Shown: positions 33,008-48,494 of the stretch, in pieces
Numbering within the stretch: position 1 is the stretch's first letter
Layout: the number at the start of each line of letters is the position of its first letter
NCBI GenBank assembly: GCA_963758635.1
Contig: CAVWWD010000003.1
Span: 128,001-192,000, forward strand
Length of the DNA: 64,000 nucleotides
Direction: 5' to 3'
Source of the DNA: an uncultured Candidatus Rokubacteria bacterium
GTDB taxonomy: Bacteria; Methylomirabilota; Methylomirabilia; Rokubacteriales; CSP1-6
Notes under the pieces: model-generated
The model's database searches: none
Told to the model about the DNA's origin: nothing
Seen by the model: only the letters and a program-made list of their open reading frames with translations
Made by a program: the position numbers and the translations under genes

Positions 33008-33918
33008 CGCCGCCCGCGCCCGCCGGCCGCTCCGGGTTCGTCGCGCTGATCGGGCGGCCGAACGTCGGCAAGTCCACCCTGCTCAACCGTTTGGTAGGCG
33101 AGCGGATGGCGATCGTGTCGCCCCGGCCCCAGACGACGCGGACCCGGATCACGGGGATCCGGAACCTGCCCGGCGCCCAGGTCGTCTTCGTCGACACCCC
33201 GGGACTCTCGACAGGCTCGGGCAAGCTGGGCCGCCTGATGGTGGCGGCGGCGGACCGGGCGCTGGAGGATGTTGACCTGGTGTGCTTCGTCGCGGAGGCG
33301 ACGGAGTCGGCCGGCCGGATCGACGCGTCGATCCTGGAGCGGCTGGCCGCCATCCGGGCTCCCGTCTACTGCTGCCTGAACAAGGTGGACCTGGTGACGC
33401 CGCGGGCGCGCCTGCTTCCGATCATTGCGGCGTACGGGAGCCGCCATCGATTCACCGAGATCGTGCCGATCTCCGCGGAGCGGGGCACCAACTGCGGGCC
33501 CCTGCTCGATCTGATCGTGCGCGCCCTGCCCGAGCGGCCTCCGTACTTTCCGCCGGACGCCCTGACCGCCGAGCCGGAGACCTTCTACGTCGCCGAGCGG
33601 ATCCGGGAGAAGGTCTTCAAGTTCATGCACGAGGAGGTGCCGTACGCGTGCGCGGTCAGGGTCGAGGAGCTGGTGGAGCGCCAGCGGGGCGGGGGCCTCT
33701 ACATCCGCGCCACCATCTTCGTCGAGCAGGAGTCCCAGAAGGGGATCGTGATCGGCGCGGGCGGCGCCATGCTCCGCTCGATCGGCTCCGCGGCGCGGCG
33801 CGACCTCGAGCGGTTCTTCGGCCTCAAGACCTTCCTCGAGTTGCGCGTGACGGTGCGGAAGAACTGGCGCAAGGACGACGCGGCCCTCCGCGAGTTCGGG
33901 TTCCTCCTGACCTCCTGA
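33004..33918 (+). CDS. era: GTPase Era
   Basis: GRPNVGKSTL, QTTR, DTPG, NKVD, KH-domain GIVIG. Confidence 0.95.
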   Translation: MTPPAPAGRSGFVALIGRPNVGKSTLLNRLVGERMAIVSPRPQTTRTRITGIRNLPGAQVVFVDTPGLSTGSGKLGRLMVAAADRALEDVDLVCFVAEATESAGRIDASILERLAAIRAPVYCCLNKVDLVTPRARLLPIIAAYGSRHRFTEIVPISAERGTNCGPLLDLIVRALPERPPYFPPDALTAEPETFYVAERIREKVFKFMHEEVPYACAVRVEELVERQRGGGLYIRATIFVEQESQKGIVIGAGGAMLRSIGSAARRDLERFFGLKTFLELRVTVRKNWRKDDAALREFGFLLTS

Positions 33919-33937
33919 CCGGACCGGACCGTTCCCC

Positions 33938-34735
33938 ATGGCGCTCCACCGGACCGACGGGATCGTGATGAGGCGGCGGAACCTCGGGGAGAGCGACCGC
34001 ATCGTGGAGTTCTACACCCATGACTACGGCAAGGTGCGAGGCGTGGCGCGCGCGGCGCGCCGGCCGCGATCGCGCTTTGGAAGCGCGCTCGAGACCTTCA
34101 CGCTGGGCCGGCTGCTGTTCTTCGACACGGGCCGGAGCGAGCTCGTCCGCGTCGACCACTTCGACATCCTCCACTCGTTCGTGGCGGTGCGCGAGCACCT
34201 GGAGCGTCTGGGGCGAGGCGCGTGGGTGCTCGAGTGCGTGGATCGGCTGTCCGGCGAGCGCGATCCGCACCCTGCGCTCTACGGCCTGGTCGTGCGCGCG
34301 CTTCGGGCCCTCGAGGCGGGCGCGGCCGATCCCGAGCGCGTGGCGGCGTGCTTCGCGCTGCGGGCCGTCGACCTGCTGGGCCATCGGCCCCGGATCGATC
34401 GGTGCGTGGGGTGCGGCCGGGTCTACCCGTTCCCGGACGCCGCTCTCGACGTGGAGATGGGCGGGCTCCTCTGCCGATCGTGCGGCCCGGCCGGCCACGG
34501 GCTGCCCGTCTCGGGGACGGTGATGGGCACGGTCAAGCGGTTCCGGGCCAGCCGGTGGGACGAGGCGCTCCGCGTCCCGCTCGCCCCGGACCTCGCCGCG
34601 GACCTGTCGCTGCTCGTCGACGCGATCGTGGTCCGCCTCGCCGGCCATCCGTCTCGGGCCGGGAGGTTTCTCGCCCAGACCCGGCGCGGGCTCGCGGTGG
34701 TGGCGGAGCCCCGGCGGCCCTTCTCCGCGCGCTGA
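33938..34735 (+). CDS. recO: DNA repair protein RecO
   Basis: [22 protein letters not shown], CxxC zinc pair; era-recO synteny. Confidence 0.9.
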   Translation: MALHRTDGIVMRRRNLGESDRIVEFYTHDYGKVRGVARAARRPRSRFGSALETFTLGRLLFFDTGRSELVRVDHFDILHSFVAVREHLERLGRGAWVLECVDRLSGERDPHPALYGLVVRALRALEAGAADPERVAACFALRAVDLLGHRPRIDRCVGCGRVYPFPDAALDVEMGGLLCRSCGPAGHGLPVSGTVMGTVKRFRASRWDEALRVPLAPDLAADLSLLVDAIVVRLAGHPSRAGRFLAQTRRGLAVVAEPRRPFSAR

Positions 34736-34787
34736 GTCCCGGGCGGCATCGCCGGCGGGCGGTGAGCGGCGTGGTATTCTCATGCGC

Positions 34788-36275
34788 ATGCCGCCCACCA
34801 TGGATATCCTCGTCTCCCTCTGCAAGCGTCGCGGATTCGTCTTCCAGTCCAGCGAGATCTACGGCGGCACGGGCTCGTGCTGGGACTACGGACCGCTCGG
34901 CGTCGAGCTCAAGGGCAACATCAAGCGGCTGTGGTGGCGGGACTTCGTGCAGCGGCGCGCCGACATGGTGGGCCTGGACGCGTCGATCCTCATGCATCCC
35001 ACCGTCTGGAAGGCGAGCGGCCACGTCGAGAACTTCACCGACCCGATGGTCGACTGCCGAGAGTGCAAGCGACGCTTCCGGGCCGACCACCTCGACGCGG
35101 CGCCGTGGACGCACTACTGCGAGGCCACCAAGGGGAACAAGTTCACGGTGAAGGAAGGCGAGCCGTGCGGCCACTGCGGGCAGCGGCGGACGCTCTGCCC
35201 CGAGTGCGGGAAGGGCGATCTGACCGCGCCGCGCCAGTTCAACCTGATGTTCAAGACGTTCATGGGCCCGGTCGAGGAGGACGCCGCGGTGACCTACCTG
35301 CGGCCGGAGACCGCCCAGGCGATGTTCGTCAACTTCGACAACGTGCTGCAGTCCATGCGGCGGAAGCTGCCCTTCGGCATCGCGCAGGCGGGCCGGTCGT
35401 TCCGGAACGAGATCACGCCGGGCAACTTCATCTTCCGGACGCGCGAGTTCGAGCAGATGGAGATCGAGTACTTCGTGAACCCCCGCGACACCGTCGAGGG
35501 CCGGCCCGCGGACGAGTACTGGCACGACCGGTGGATCGCCGACTGCATGGCGTGGTTCAAGCGATACGGCCTCCAGGAGGAGAACCTCCAGCTGCGTGAC
35601 CACGAGAAGGACGAGCTCGCCCACTACTCGAAGCGGACGGTCGACATCGAGTACCGGTTCCCCATCGGGTGGAGCGAGCTCATGGGGATCGCGAACCGCA
35701 CCGACTACGATCTCAAGCAGCACGCGAAGTTCAGCGGCAAGTCGTTGACATACTTCGACGAGGAGCGCAAGGAGCACGTGGTGCCGTTCGTCGTCGAGCC
35801 GGCGGCGGGCGTGGACCGCGCCCTCCTCGCCTTCCTCGCCGATGCCTACCGCGAGGAGGAGGTGCGCGGGGAGAAGCGCGTCGTCCTCCGCTTCCATCCC
35901 GAGCTCGCGCCGGTGAAGGTGGCGATCCTGCCCCTGCTCAAGAAGCGCGACGAGATCGTCCGCACGTGCCACGCCATCCGCGACGAGCTGTCCCAGCGCT
36001 GGTCGGTGGCCTACGACGACACCGCGGCCATCGGGCGGCTCTACCGGAGGCAGGACGAGGTCGGAACGCCGTTCTGCGTGACCGTCGACGTGCAGACCGT
36101 CGGCGACCGCGACAAGGGCGAAGCCGGCGACGAGCGCGTCACCATCCGCGACCGGGACTCGATGGAGCAGATCCGCGTTCCCCGCGCCGAGCTGACGACG
36201 GTGTTCCAGGAGCTGCTTGGCGGGGGCGCGTGGGAGCGGGTGGCCGCGCGCTTCGGCGCGACGGCCGGCGCGTAG
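34788..36275 (+). CDS. glyQS: Glycyl-tRNA synthetase, homodimeric alpha2 type
   Basis: [45 protein letters not shown]. Confidence 0.93.
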   Translation: MPPTMDILVSLCKRRGFVFQSSEIYGGTGSCWDYGPLGVELKGNIKRLWWRDFVQRRADMVGLDASILMHPTVWKASGHVENFTDPMVDCRECKRRFRADHLDAAPWTHYCEATKGNKFTVKEGEPCGHCGQRRTLCPECGKGDLTAPRQFNLMFKTFMGPVEEDAAVTYLRPETAQAMFVNFDNVLQSMRRKLPFGIAQAGRSFRNEITPGNFIFRTREFEQMEIEYFVNPRDTVEGRPADEYWHDRWIADCMAWFKRYGLQEENLQLRDHEKDELAHYSKRTVDIEYRFPIGWSELMGIANRTDYDLKQHAKFSGKSLTYFDEERKEHVVPFVVEPAAGVDRALLAFLADAYREEEVRGEKRVVLRFHPELAPVKVAILPLLKKRDEIVRTCHAIRDELSQRWSVAYDDTAAIGRLYRRQDEVGTPFCVTVDVQTVGDRDKGEAGDERVTIRDRDSMEQIRVPRAELTTVFQELLGGGAWERVAARFGATAGA

Positions 36276-36318
36276 GACGACGCCCGGGCGCGCGGGCGCC
36301 GCGAGCGCGCCCGGCCGG

Positions 36319-38613
36319 CTACGGGCTCTGGGCGCCTCTCGGCGTGGTCGCAGCAGGCGGGAGCGTCACGGCGGGGGCAGGGGGCGGCAGCCCTCCTTGT
36401 GGGGTGGCGGGAGCAGCCACGGCCGGGGCCCGGGGCGCGGTGGTGGGCGGGAGCGTGACGGCGGCGGGCGGCGGCGCCGCTGCCTGGGGGGGCGCGGGAC
36501 TGGCCCCCGGGGCCGGCGGCGGCGCGGGCACGGCGGGCGCAGGGGCCGGCGCCTCCGTCGGAGCGCTCACGGGCTGCGTCGGCACGCGACTGGGCCCACA
36601 GTTCGCCTTCGGCTCGGTGCCCGCGATGAAGGCCATGACCACCGGTTTGGTGCACCCTCCGCCCTGGTCCAGATCGATCGGCACGAGCACGACACGCTCC
36701 GGGACCGGGAATTCCTCGCTGGGCGTCCCGGCGAGCGCGGTGGACATGAAGGCGGTCCAGATGGGCACGGCGACCCGGGAGCCCGTCTCGTCCCGGCCCA
36801 GGCTCCGCGGCCGGTCATAGCCCACCCAGACGCCGGTGACGAGCTGGGGCGTGAAGCCGATGAACCAGGCGTTCGAGTAGTCGTTGGTCGTTCCGGTCTT
36901 CGCCGCGGCCGGCCGGCCGAGCGCCTTGGCTGCCGCGCCGGTTCCGCGCGCGATGGTTCCCTGGAGCATGTGGGTGGCGACGTAGGCCAGCTCCGGTGAG
37001 AGCACCTGGCGGCCTTCCGGCACGTTTTCCTCGAGCAGCTTGCCCTGCGGGTTCAGCACGTAGCGGATGGCCACCGGCCGCATCCACGTCCCCCGGTTGG
37101 CGAGGGCGCCGTACGCGGAGGTGAGCTCGAGCAGCGTCATGTCGGAGGTGCCGAGGGCGAGGGAGAGGTTCTCGTGCAGCGGGCTCTCCACGCCGAGGCG
37201 GCGCGCCACGTCGATGGTGCGGCGGATTCCCACGCGCTCCTGCACCTTGACGGCGGCCACGTTCACCGACTCCTCGAGGGCCTGCTGCATCGTGATCGAC
37301 CCTCGGAACCTCCGGTCGTAGTTGTCCGGCTTCCAGGGCTTCCCGTTCTGCCCGACCGCGTACTGCACGGGGGAGTCGTCGACGATGCTGGCCGGCGTGT
37401 AGCCCGCCTCGAGGGCGGCGATGTAGACGAACGGCTTGAAGGCGGAGCCGGGCTGCCGTCGCGCCTGGACGGCGCGATTGAACTCGCTCTTGAAGAAGTC
37501 GTAGCCGCCCACCATCGCCTTGATGTAGCCGGTCGAGGGCTCAAGGCTGAGGAGCGCGCCCTCGGGCCGGTCCGTGGTCGCCGCGGGCGGGAGGGTGCCG
37601 CGGTCCGCGGCCTTCGTCCGCCTCTCTTCGAGGGCGCGCAGGCCCTCGCGCACGGCCTGCTCGGCCTTGAGCTGCATCCCCGGCGACAGCGTCGTGTACA
37701 CCTGGAGGCCGCCCTTGAAGACCATGTCCGCGCCGTACTGCTGCTCCAGCGTCTGCTGCACGTACTCGAGGTAGTACTGGCTGGTCGTCCGCCGGCGCTC
37801 AGGGGGCACCAGCTCCACCCGCGTCGCGCCCGCCTTCTTGGCGTCGGCCGGCGTGAGCGTGCCCACGTTCACCATGCGCGTGAGCACGATGCCGCGGCGC
37901 CGCTGCGCGGCCTCCAGACGCTCGAACGGAGAGTACGTGGTCGGCGCCTTCGGCAGCCCGGCGAGGAGCGCGCTCTCGGCGAGGCCGAGCTCGTTCACGC
38001 CCTTGCCGAAGTACGTCCGCGCCGCCGCCTCGACGCCGAACGCGCCGTGACCGAAGTAGATGTGGTTCAGGTACATCTCGAGGATCCGGTCCTTCGGGTA
38101 ACGGCGCTCCAGCTCCAGCGCCAGCACCGCCTCCTTGAGCTTGCGGTCCAGGCTCTTGTCCGGCGTGAGGAAGAGCACTTTCGCCAGCTGCTGGGTGATG
38201 GTGCTGCCGCCCTCGACGATGCGCCCGTGACGGAAGTTCTGGTAGACGGCGCGGGCGATGCCGACCGGGTCCACGCCGAAGTGGGAGTAGAAGCGGGCGT
38301 CCTCGGTCGCGAGCACGGCTTCGCGCAGCGCGTGGGGGATCTGCGTGAGAGGCACGAAGATGCGGCGCTCGACGTGGAACTCCGTGATGAGCTCGTCGTT
38401 CTCGTCGAAGATCCGGCTTCCCCGGCTGGGCTGGATGGTCTCGAGCGCGGACACCGGAGGAAGCGAGCGCGGCAGGATCGTGAACGCCCAGACGGCGGCG
38501 ACGCCGAGGACGAGCCCGGTGAGACCGACCAGGAGGCCGCCCACGAGGAGGAGCCGACGAGCCCAGCGCCGCCGCGGCTTGCCTGAGGGGGAGGGGCGCT
38601 TCGGGCGAGCCAT
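36319..38613 (-). CDS. Penicillin-binding protein 1A family, Pro/Ala-rich tail
   Basis: EDARFY, GGSTITQQL, RKLKE, QPGSAFK (SxxK), SVN, KTGTT. Confidence 0.93.
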   Translation of the reverse strand: MARPKRPSPSGKPRRRWARRLLLVGGLLVGLTGLVLGVAAVWAFTILPRSLPPVSALETIQPSRGSRIFDENDELITEFHVERRIFVPLTQIPHALREAVLATEDARFYSHFGVDPVGIARAVYQNFRHGRIVEGGSTITQQLAKVLFLTPDKSLDRKLKEAVLALELERRYPKDRILEMYLNHIYFGHGAFGVEAAARTYFGKGVNELGLAESALLAGLPKAPTTYSPFERLEAAQRRRGIVLTRMVNVGTLTPADAKKAGATRVELVPPERRRTTSQYYLEYVQQTLEQQYGADMVFKGGLQVYTTLSPGMQLKAEQAVREGLRALEERRTKAADRGTLPPAATTDRPEGALLSLEPSTGYIKAMVGGYDFFKSEFNRAVQARRQPGSAFKPFVYIAALEAGYTPASIVDDSPVQYAVGQNGKPWKPDNYDRRFRGSITMQQALEESVNVAAVKVQERVGIRRTIDVARRLGVESPLHENLSLALGTSDMTLLELTSAYGALANRGTWMRPVAIRYVLNPQGKLLEENVPEGRQVLSPELAYVATHMLQGTIARGTGAAAKALGRPAAAKTGTTNDYSNAWFIGFTPQLVTGVWVGYDRPRSLGRDETGSRVAVPIWTAFMSTALAGTPSEEFPVPERVVLVPIDLDQGGGCTKPVVMAFIAGTEPKANCGPSRVPTQPVSAPTEAPAPAPAVPAPPPAPGASPAPPQAAAPPPAAVTLPPTTAPRAPAVAAPATPQGGLPPPAPAVTLPPAATTPRGAQSP

Positions 38614-38707
38614 GTGCTGGTATTATACAGGGGCGAATCCCGCGGGATCCGGGCGGCCGTCGACGTGTCGCGCGCCCCCCGATCGGCGCCGGGCCTCGAG
38701 CGAACCC

Positions 38708-39988
38708 ATGAGCGCCGACGTCCTCGACGACTTCCGCTGGCGCGGTCTTATCGCCGACGTCACGAAGGAATCAGAGCTCCGAGCGCACCTCGCGGAGGCC
38801 TCGCGCACCGCGTACGTCGGGTTCGATCCCACCGCGGACAGCCTGCACGTCGGAAGCCTGCTGCCGCTGCTGGCCCTTCGACGCCTCCAGCTCGGCGGGC
38901 ATCGGCCCGTCGTGCTCATCGGAGGTGGGACGGGCCTCATCGGGGATCCGAGCGGCAAGCTCGGCGAGCGGACGCTCAATCCCGAGAGCCAGGTGGCGGA
39001 ATGGGCGGCGCGGCTCCGCGCGCAGGTCGAGCGCTTCGTGGACTTCGGCGCCGGGCCCCACGGCGCGATTCTCGCCGACAACTACGAGTGGCTCGCCGAG
39101 CTGAAGATGATCCCGTTCCTCAGGGACGTCGGGAAGCACTTCTCCCTTGGCAGCATGCTCGCCAAGGAATCGGTCCGCTCCCGCATGGGTCGGACGGACG
39201 AGGGCATCTCGTACACCGAGTTCAGCTACCAGATCCTCCAGGCGTACGACTTCATGGCCCTGCTGGGCCGGCACGAGTGCACGCTCCAGCTCGGCGGCTC
39301 GGATCAGTGGGGCAACATCACGGCGGGCATCGACCTCATCCGCCGCGTCACCGGACGCGTGACGTACGGGCTCACGATGCCGCTCGTCACCCGCGCCGAC
39401 GGCGGGAAGTTCGGCAAGACGGAGTCGGACACCGTGTGGCTCGACGCGCGGAAGACCACGCCCTACGAGATGTATCAGTTCTGGCTCAACTCCGCGGACG
39501 AGGACGTGGTGACGTTCCTCAAGTACTTCACGTTCCTCACGCGCCGGGAGATCAGCGACCTGCAGTCGGCCACCGCCGCGTCGCCGGACAAGCGCGAGGC
39601 GCAGCGCGTCCTCGCCAGCGAGGTGACGTCGCTCGTGCACGGCGCGGCGAAGGCGCGCGAGGCCGAGGAGATCGCGCGCGCGTTCTTCAGTGGTCGCGTG
39701 GAGTCGCTCACGGAGGGCCAGCTCGTCGAGGCCTGTCGCGCCATGCCGCACACCGAGCTTCGCAAGGAGGAGCTCGCTCAGCTCTCGGTGGCCGACATCC
39801 TGACGCGCGTGGGGCTCGCCGAGTCGAAGCGGCGGGCCCGGGAGCTCGTCGCCGATGGCGCCATCCACATCAACGGCCGTAAGCTCAGCGGGCCCGAGGC
39901 CGCCCTCGTCCCCGACGCGCCACTCTTCGGTCGCTTCGTCGTCATTCGGAGGGGCCGGCGCACCTACCATGCCGCGGTGGTGGCCTGA
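38708..39988 (+). CDS. tyrS: Tyrosyl-tRNA synthetase
   Basis: GFDPTADSLHVG, QLGGSDQWGNI, KFGKT, S4-like C-terminus. Confidence 0.95.
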   Translation: MSADVLDDFRWRGLIADVTKESELRAHLAEASRTAYVGFDPTADSLHVGSLLPLLALRRLQLGGHRPVVLIGGGTGLIGDPSGKLGERTLNPESQVAEWAARLRAQVERFVDFGAGPHGAILADNYEWLAELKMIPFLRDVGKHFSLGSMLAKESVRSRMGRTDEGISYTEFSYQILQAYDFMALLGRHECTLQLGGSDQWGNITAGIDLIRRVTGRVTYGLTMPLVTRADGGKFGKTESDTVWLDARKTTPYEMYQFWLNSADEDVVTFLKYFTFLTRREISDLQSATAASPDKREAQRVLASEVTSLVHGAAKAREAEEIARAFFSGRVESLTEGQLVEACRAMPHTELRKEELAQLSVADILTRVGLAESKRRARELVADGAIHINGRKLSGPEAALVPDAPLFGRFVVIRRGRRTYHAAVVA

Positions 39989-40043
39989 GTAGCTCCGGAA
40001 GTGGCCGGAACAATTGACGTAAGGCAAGAGGACATAAAAGAGC

Positions 40044-40072
40044 TTGACACCCAGGTGATCGCTGGGTAGGAT
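40044..40072 (+). promoter_or_regulatory. rrn promoter TTGACA-N17-TAGGAT
   Basis: Consensus -35 and 17-bp spacer ~250 nt before 16S. Confidence 0.8.
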
Positions 40073-40189
40073 CACGTTCTGCCTCACCTGTCGGGCTGGT
40101 CAGCTGGTGGGTGAGGGTTGAGAGCAGCTCAGCCGGTCGTTCTCGTCCAGCTGACCTGAGGTCAACAGGCAGGGGTCAAGGCCCCGCAC

Positions 40190-40201
40190 GTTCTTTGAAA
40201 A
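40190..40201 (+). promoter_or_regulatory. Leader boxA antitermination site
   Basis: GTTCTTTGAAAA; second copy GCTCTTTGACAA at 42218-42229. Confidence 0.75.
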
Positions 40202-40323
40202 TCGCATATGCTACTGGCTCACCGACGAAGTGTGAGCACCATCCGTAACTACTGAGTACCTTGCGCCCGACCGAAGCAACACATTGGTTGGGCTAGGGGA
40301 CCAGGCTTCAAGTTTGTCGAATC

Positions 40324-41894
<1,571 letters not shown>

Positions 41895-41989
41895 CTTCGA
41901 GGGTCCGGGGATCCTACTGGATCTCCGGGCCCTCCAAAAGCTTCGTTCTCCGCTCGCGCTTCCCAGTGGGCCAGTAGCATTATTCTTCT

Positions 41990-42066
41990 GGGCCTTTAGC
42001 TCAGCCGGCTAGAGCGCGCGCTTGATAAGCGCGAGGTCCCTGGTTCGACCCCAGGAAGGCCCACCA
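41990..42066 (+). tRNA. tRNA-Ile(GAT)
   Basis: GGGCCTT acceptor stem, CGCGC-TTGATAA-GCGCG anticodon arm, TTCGA, CCA. Confidence 0.96.
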
Positions 42067-42102
42067 GAATAGGCGCCTCCGATCGGAGACTCGATCGGGG
42101 TT

Positions 42103-42177
42103 GGGGATGTAGCTCAGTGGGAGAGCACCTGCTTTGCAAGCAGGGGGTCGCCGGTTCGAATCCGGTCATCTCCACCA
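42103..42177 (+). tRNA. tRNA-Ala(TGC)
   Basis: GGGGATG with G3:U70, CCTGC-TTTGCAA-GCAGG, TTCGAA, CCA. Confidence 0.96.
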
Positions 42178-42296
42178 GAAGCCGAAGCGATCAGAGTGTC
42201 GCAGCCTTGGCTGCGAAGCTCTTTGACAATTGAATACGATGATTCTCGAGTGTAGCCAAGCGATGTTCTTCTTAGGCATGTAAACCACGGAAGCGT

Positions 42297-45275
<2,979 letters not shown>

Positions 45276-45354
45276 TGCTTTCAATTTTCTTTCCTGAGAG
45301 AGAACGTCGCTTGACTGCACACTGAGAATCATCGCGTTCAATTGCCATCACCAT

Positions 45355-45472
<118 letters not shown>

Positions 45473-45480
45473 TAAATGCG

Positions 45481-45515
45481 AGGCGCCCGGATCAACCGAT
45501 CCGGGCGCCTTTTTT
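45481..45515 (+). terminator. rrn Rho-independent terminator
   Basis: 13-bp stem AGGCGCCCGGATC-AACC-GATCCGGGCGCCT plus T-tract. Confidence 0.9.
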
Positions 45516-45554
45516 CCGTTTGCCGCACGCGTCCCTGAGGCCCGCGACGACACG

Positions 45555-46205
45555 CTACACGATCAGGCGCGCCACCGAATCGAGCACCGAAGTCATCACC
45601 CGCATGGCCGGCCTCATGACGTAGCCGGTCGCGCCGCTCATGACCGCCAGGATCAAGATCATCGGCCCGTACTGCTCGAGCTTGTGCAACGTGCTCCACG
45701 ACGCCTTCGGAATGAAGTAGGGCAGGAAGTGTCCGCCGTCGAGGGGCGGCAGCGGGATCAGGTTGAAGATCCCGAGCCCGAGGTTGAAGAGGAACAGGTA
45801 GAGCAAGATCCCTTGCAGCGGCTCGAGGATGAACGGCATTGCGACGGTTTGCGCGAGCAGCCGAAACGCGACGAGGGCGACGAACGACACGATGAAGTTC
45901 GACGCTGGCCCGGCCAGCGCGACCAGCGCCATGTCCCGCATCGGATGCTTCAGGTTGAACGCGTTCACCGGGACGGGCTTCGCCCAGCCGAAGCCCGCGA
46001 CGATGAACGCGATGGCGCCGAACGGGTCGATGTGGGGCAACGGGTTGAGGGTGAGCCTCCCGTTCAGGCGCGCGGTCGGATCCCCCAGGCGATCCGCCAC
46101 CACGCCGTGGGCCAGCTCGTGCACGGTGACGGCGAGCAGGAGCGCGGGGATCTGGAGCAGCAGCCGGAGAAAGAATCCCGACGGGTCATCGAAGAGGCCG
46201 GTCAT
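45555..46205 (-). CDS. Site-2 protease family (M50)
   Basis: [24 protein letters not shown]. Confidence 0.9.
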   Translation of the reverse strand: MTGLFDDPSGFFLRLLLQIPALLLAVTVHELAHGVVADRLGDPTARLNGRLTLNPLPHIDPFGAIAFIVAGFGWAKPVPVNAFNLKHPMRDMALVALAGPASNFIVSFVALVAFRLLAQTVAMPFILEPLQGILLYLFLFNLGLGIFNLIPLPPLDGGHFLPYFIPKASWSTLHKLEQYGPMILILAVMSGATGYVMRPAMRVMTSVLDSVARLIV

Positions 46206-46423
46206 CGGGCGCGTGGGCCGAGTGTGCGATGATCATCGGGCGGCTCGTCGCTCGAGATCACTTCACCGGCGAGGCGATATCGCTCGTCGAGCCAGCCCCC
46301 GAGATCGATGAGCCGACAGGAGAGCGAGCAGAACGGGCGGTTGGCGTTGCCGCCCCAGACGACCGGCTCGCCGCACGTCGGGCAACGGTGCGGGCGCAGC
46401 GCACCGGATTCGGAGGGCGTCAC
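46202..46423 (-). CDS. yacG: DNA gyrase inhibitor YacG
   Basis: [22 protein letters not shown]. Confidence 0.88.
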   Translation of the reverse strand: MTPSESGALRPHRCPTCGEPVVWGGNANRPFCSLSCRLIDLGGWLDERYRLAGEVISSDEPPDDHRTLGPRAR

Positions 46424-46429
46424 GAGGCC

Positions 46430-46459
46430 ATCCTATCGGGCGCCTCGTTGGAGTGTCAA
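46430..46459 (-). promoter_or_regulatory. TTGACA-N18-TAGGAT promoter, apparently leaderless for yacG
   Basis: -10 lies 6 nt before GTG 46423. Confidence 0.65.
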
Positions 46460-46507
46460 CCGATCGACGCGTGAACCATCCGTCAGCATGGAGGTATACT
46501 CGGGCCC

Positions 46508-47101
46508 ATGAAGACCGGATTGATCGTCATCGCGGTGATCCTGCTCGCGGCGGTCGGCGCGGTGGTCTGGGCCGTGGGCGTGAACAACGACCTCGTCCGG
46601 TCGGAGGTCGACGTGAACGAGAAGTGGTCCCAGGTCCAGAACGTGTATCAGCGCCGGGCCGACCTCGTGCCCAACCTCGTGGAGACGGTCAAGGGCTTCG
46701 CCGCCCAGGAGCGCACCGTCCTCGAGGAGGTCACGAAGGCGCGCGCGAGCGTGGCCGGCATGAAGGTGACCCCCGAGGTCCTGAACGACCCCAAGGCCCT
46801 CCAGAAGTTCCAGGAGGCCCAGGCTCAGCTGGGCGGAGCGCTCAGCCGGCTTCTCGTCACCGTGGAGCGCTACCCCGATCTCAAGTCCAACCAGAACTTC
46901 CTCGCCCTGCAGAGTCAGCTCGAAGGCACCGAGAACCGGATCGCCGTCGAGCGCCGGCGCTTCAACGAGTCGGTGCGCGAGTACAACACGCGCCTGCGCA
47001 TCTTCCCCGCCAGCATGGTGGCGGCCTTCCGTGGCTTCAAGGACAAGGCCTTCTTCGAAGCGGCCGCCGGGAGCGAAACGGCGCCCAAGGTCAAGTTCTA
47101 G
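46508..47101 (+). CDS. lemA: LemA family protein
   Basis: YQRRADLVPNLV, ERYPDLK, LEGTENRI. Confidence 0.92.
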   Translation: MKTGLIVIAVILLAAVGAVVWAVGVNNDLVRSEVDVNEKWSQVQNVYQRRADLVPNLVETVKGFAAQERTVLEEVTKARASVAGMKVTPEVLNDPKALQKFQEAQAQLGGALSRLLVTVERYPDLKSNQNFLALQSQLEGTENRIAVERRRFNESVREYNTRLRIFPASMVAAFRGFKDKAFFEAAAGSETAPKVKF

Positions 47102-47126
47102 TCGCGCCCTCGCGCCGGAACGGGCG

Positions 47127-47928
47127 GTGATCCGTTCGCTCCTGCTCGCGGCGCTCGTGGTGGGCGCCGTGGCTGCCGTCCCCCACGCGGCCCTCCGCCT
47201 CCCTCCGCCCCCGGATCGCCGCGTCAACGACTACGCTGGCGCGCTTTCCGACGCCGACCGCGGGCGCCTCGAGCAGAAGCTGGTCGCTCGCGAGGGGAGC
47301 AGCACCAACCAGATCGTCGTGGCGATCTTCAAGTCCCTCGAGGGCGAGAGCCTGGAGGACTTCTCCGTTCGCCTGGCCCAGTCCTGGCGGCTCGGCCAGA
47401 AGGGCCTCGACAACGGCGTGCTCTTCGTCGTGTTCGTGGACGACCGGAAGATGCGTCTCGAGGTGGGCTACGGCCTGGAGAGCGCCCTCACCGACGCCGT
47501 CAGCAGCGCGATCCTGAGAAACGAGGTGGCGCCGCGCTTTCGCGAAGGCCGCATGGCCGACGGGATCGTCGCTGGCCTCGACGCCATCGACCAGGCCATC
47601 GCCGGGACCTACGCGCGCTCCGGTCCGCGCGCCCGGTCCGGGGACGGCCCCCCCGAGATTCCTCTGGCGCTCGTCGCCGGCCTCGCCGTCGCGGTCATCG
47701 CCGGGACGGCGATGGCGCTCAACGCCCGATCTCAGCGCCGCCGCGGCTGGACCGCGGGCAACCGGGGCTGGAGCCGCGACCGCGGCCGGGGCGTCGTGTG
47801 GCCGTGGATCTGGCGGCGGCGGAGGCGGGTTCGGCGGTGGATTCGGCGGCGGCGGCTCGAGCGGGGGCGGCGGCTTCAGCGGCGGCGGCGGCGGCTTCGG
47901 GGGCGGCGGAGCGAGCGGGGACTGGTGA
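47127..47928 (+). CDS. TPM-domain (YgcG-like) protein with Gly-rich tail; apparent +1 frameshift at ~47811
   Basis: VNDYAG, QIVV, DNGVL, RLEVGYGLE; tail GGGFGGGGASGDW* in the +1 frame. Confidence 0.82.
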
Positions 47929-48391
47929 TGGCCAGCCATCCGACGATGGGTCAGGCGGTTCATCGAGCGGGGACGACCTCGACGCGATCGCGCGCGCCGT
48001 GGCGGAGGCCGAGCGCGTGACGTCCGCGGAGATCCGGGTCCATCTCGACCACCGGTGCGCCGGAGACGCGATGGCCCGCGCGATCGAGCTGTTCGGGCGC
48101 TTCGGCATGCACCAAACCGCCCTCCGGAACGGCGTGCTGATCTACATCGCGGTGCAGGACCGGAAGCTCGCCGTCATCGGGGACACCGGCATCCACGAAC
48201 GGGTCGGGGCGGCGTACTGGCAGGGTGTCGTCGACCTGATGATCACGCACCTGCGCGCCGAGCGCCCGCGCGATGGACTGCTCGCCGCCGTGCGCGAGGT
48301 CGGCGAGGCATTGCGCCGGCACTTCCCGCGCGCGTCCGACGACCGGAACGAGCTGTCCGACGAGGTGAGCTTCTCCGACCCGGATCGCTGA
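47928..48391 (+). CDS. TPM-domain protein; two apparent +1 errors near the 5' end (~47943, ~47970)
   Basis: AERVTSAEIRVH, RNGVLIYIA, NELSD; lemA-TPM-TPM synteny. Confidence 0.8.
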
Positions 48392-48468
48392 TGCGGGGCC
48401 GGTGAGCTTCTCCGACCCGGATCGCTGATGCGGGGCCGGTGAGCTTCTCCGACCCGGATCGCTGATGC
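48364..48468. repeat. 37-bp perfect tandem repeat x 2.8 covering the TPM gene end
   Basis: GGTGAGCTTCTCCGACCCGGATCGCTGATGCGGGGCC at 48364, 48401 and 48438 (partial). Confidence 0.93.
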
Positions 48469-48494
48469 CGCGGCCGTGCTATCCTTCCCGCGCC

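Noticed and set aside
48364..48468. 37-bp repeats as a CRISPR array
   Set aside because: No spacers; the unit copies the TPM gene's 3' end.
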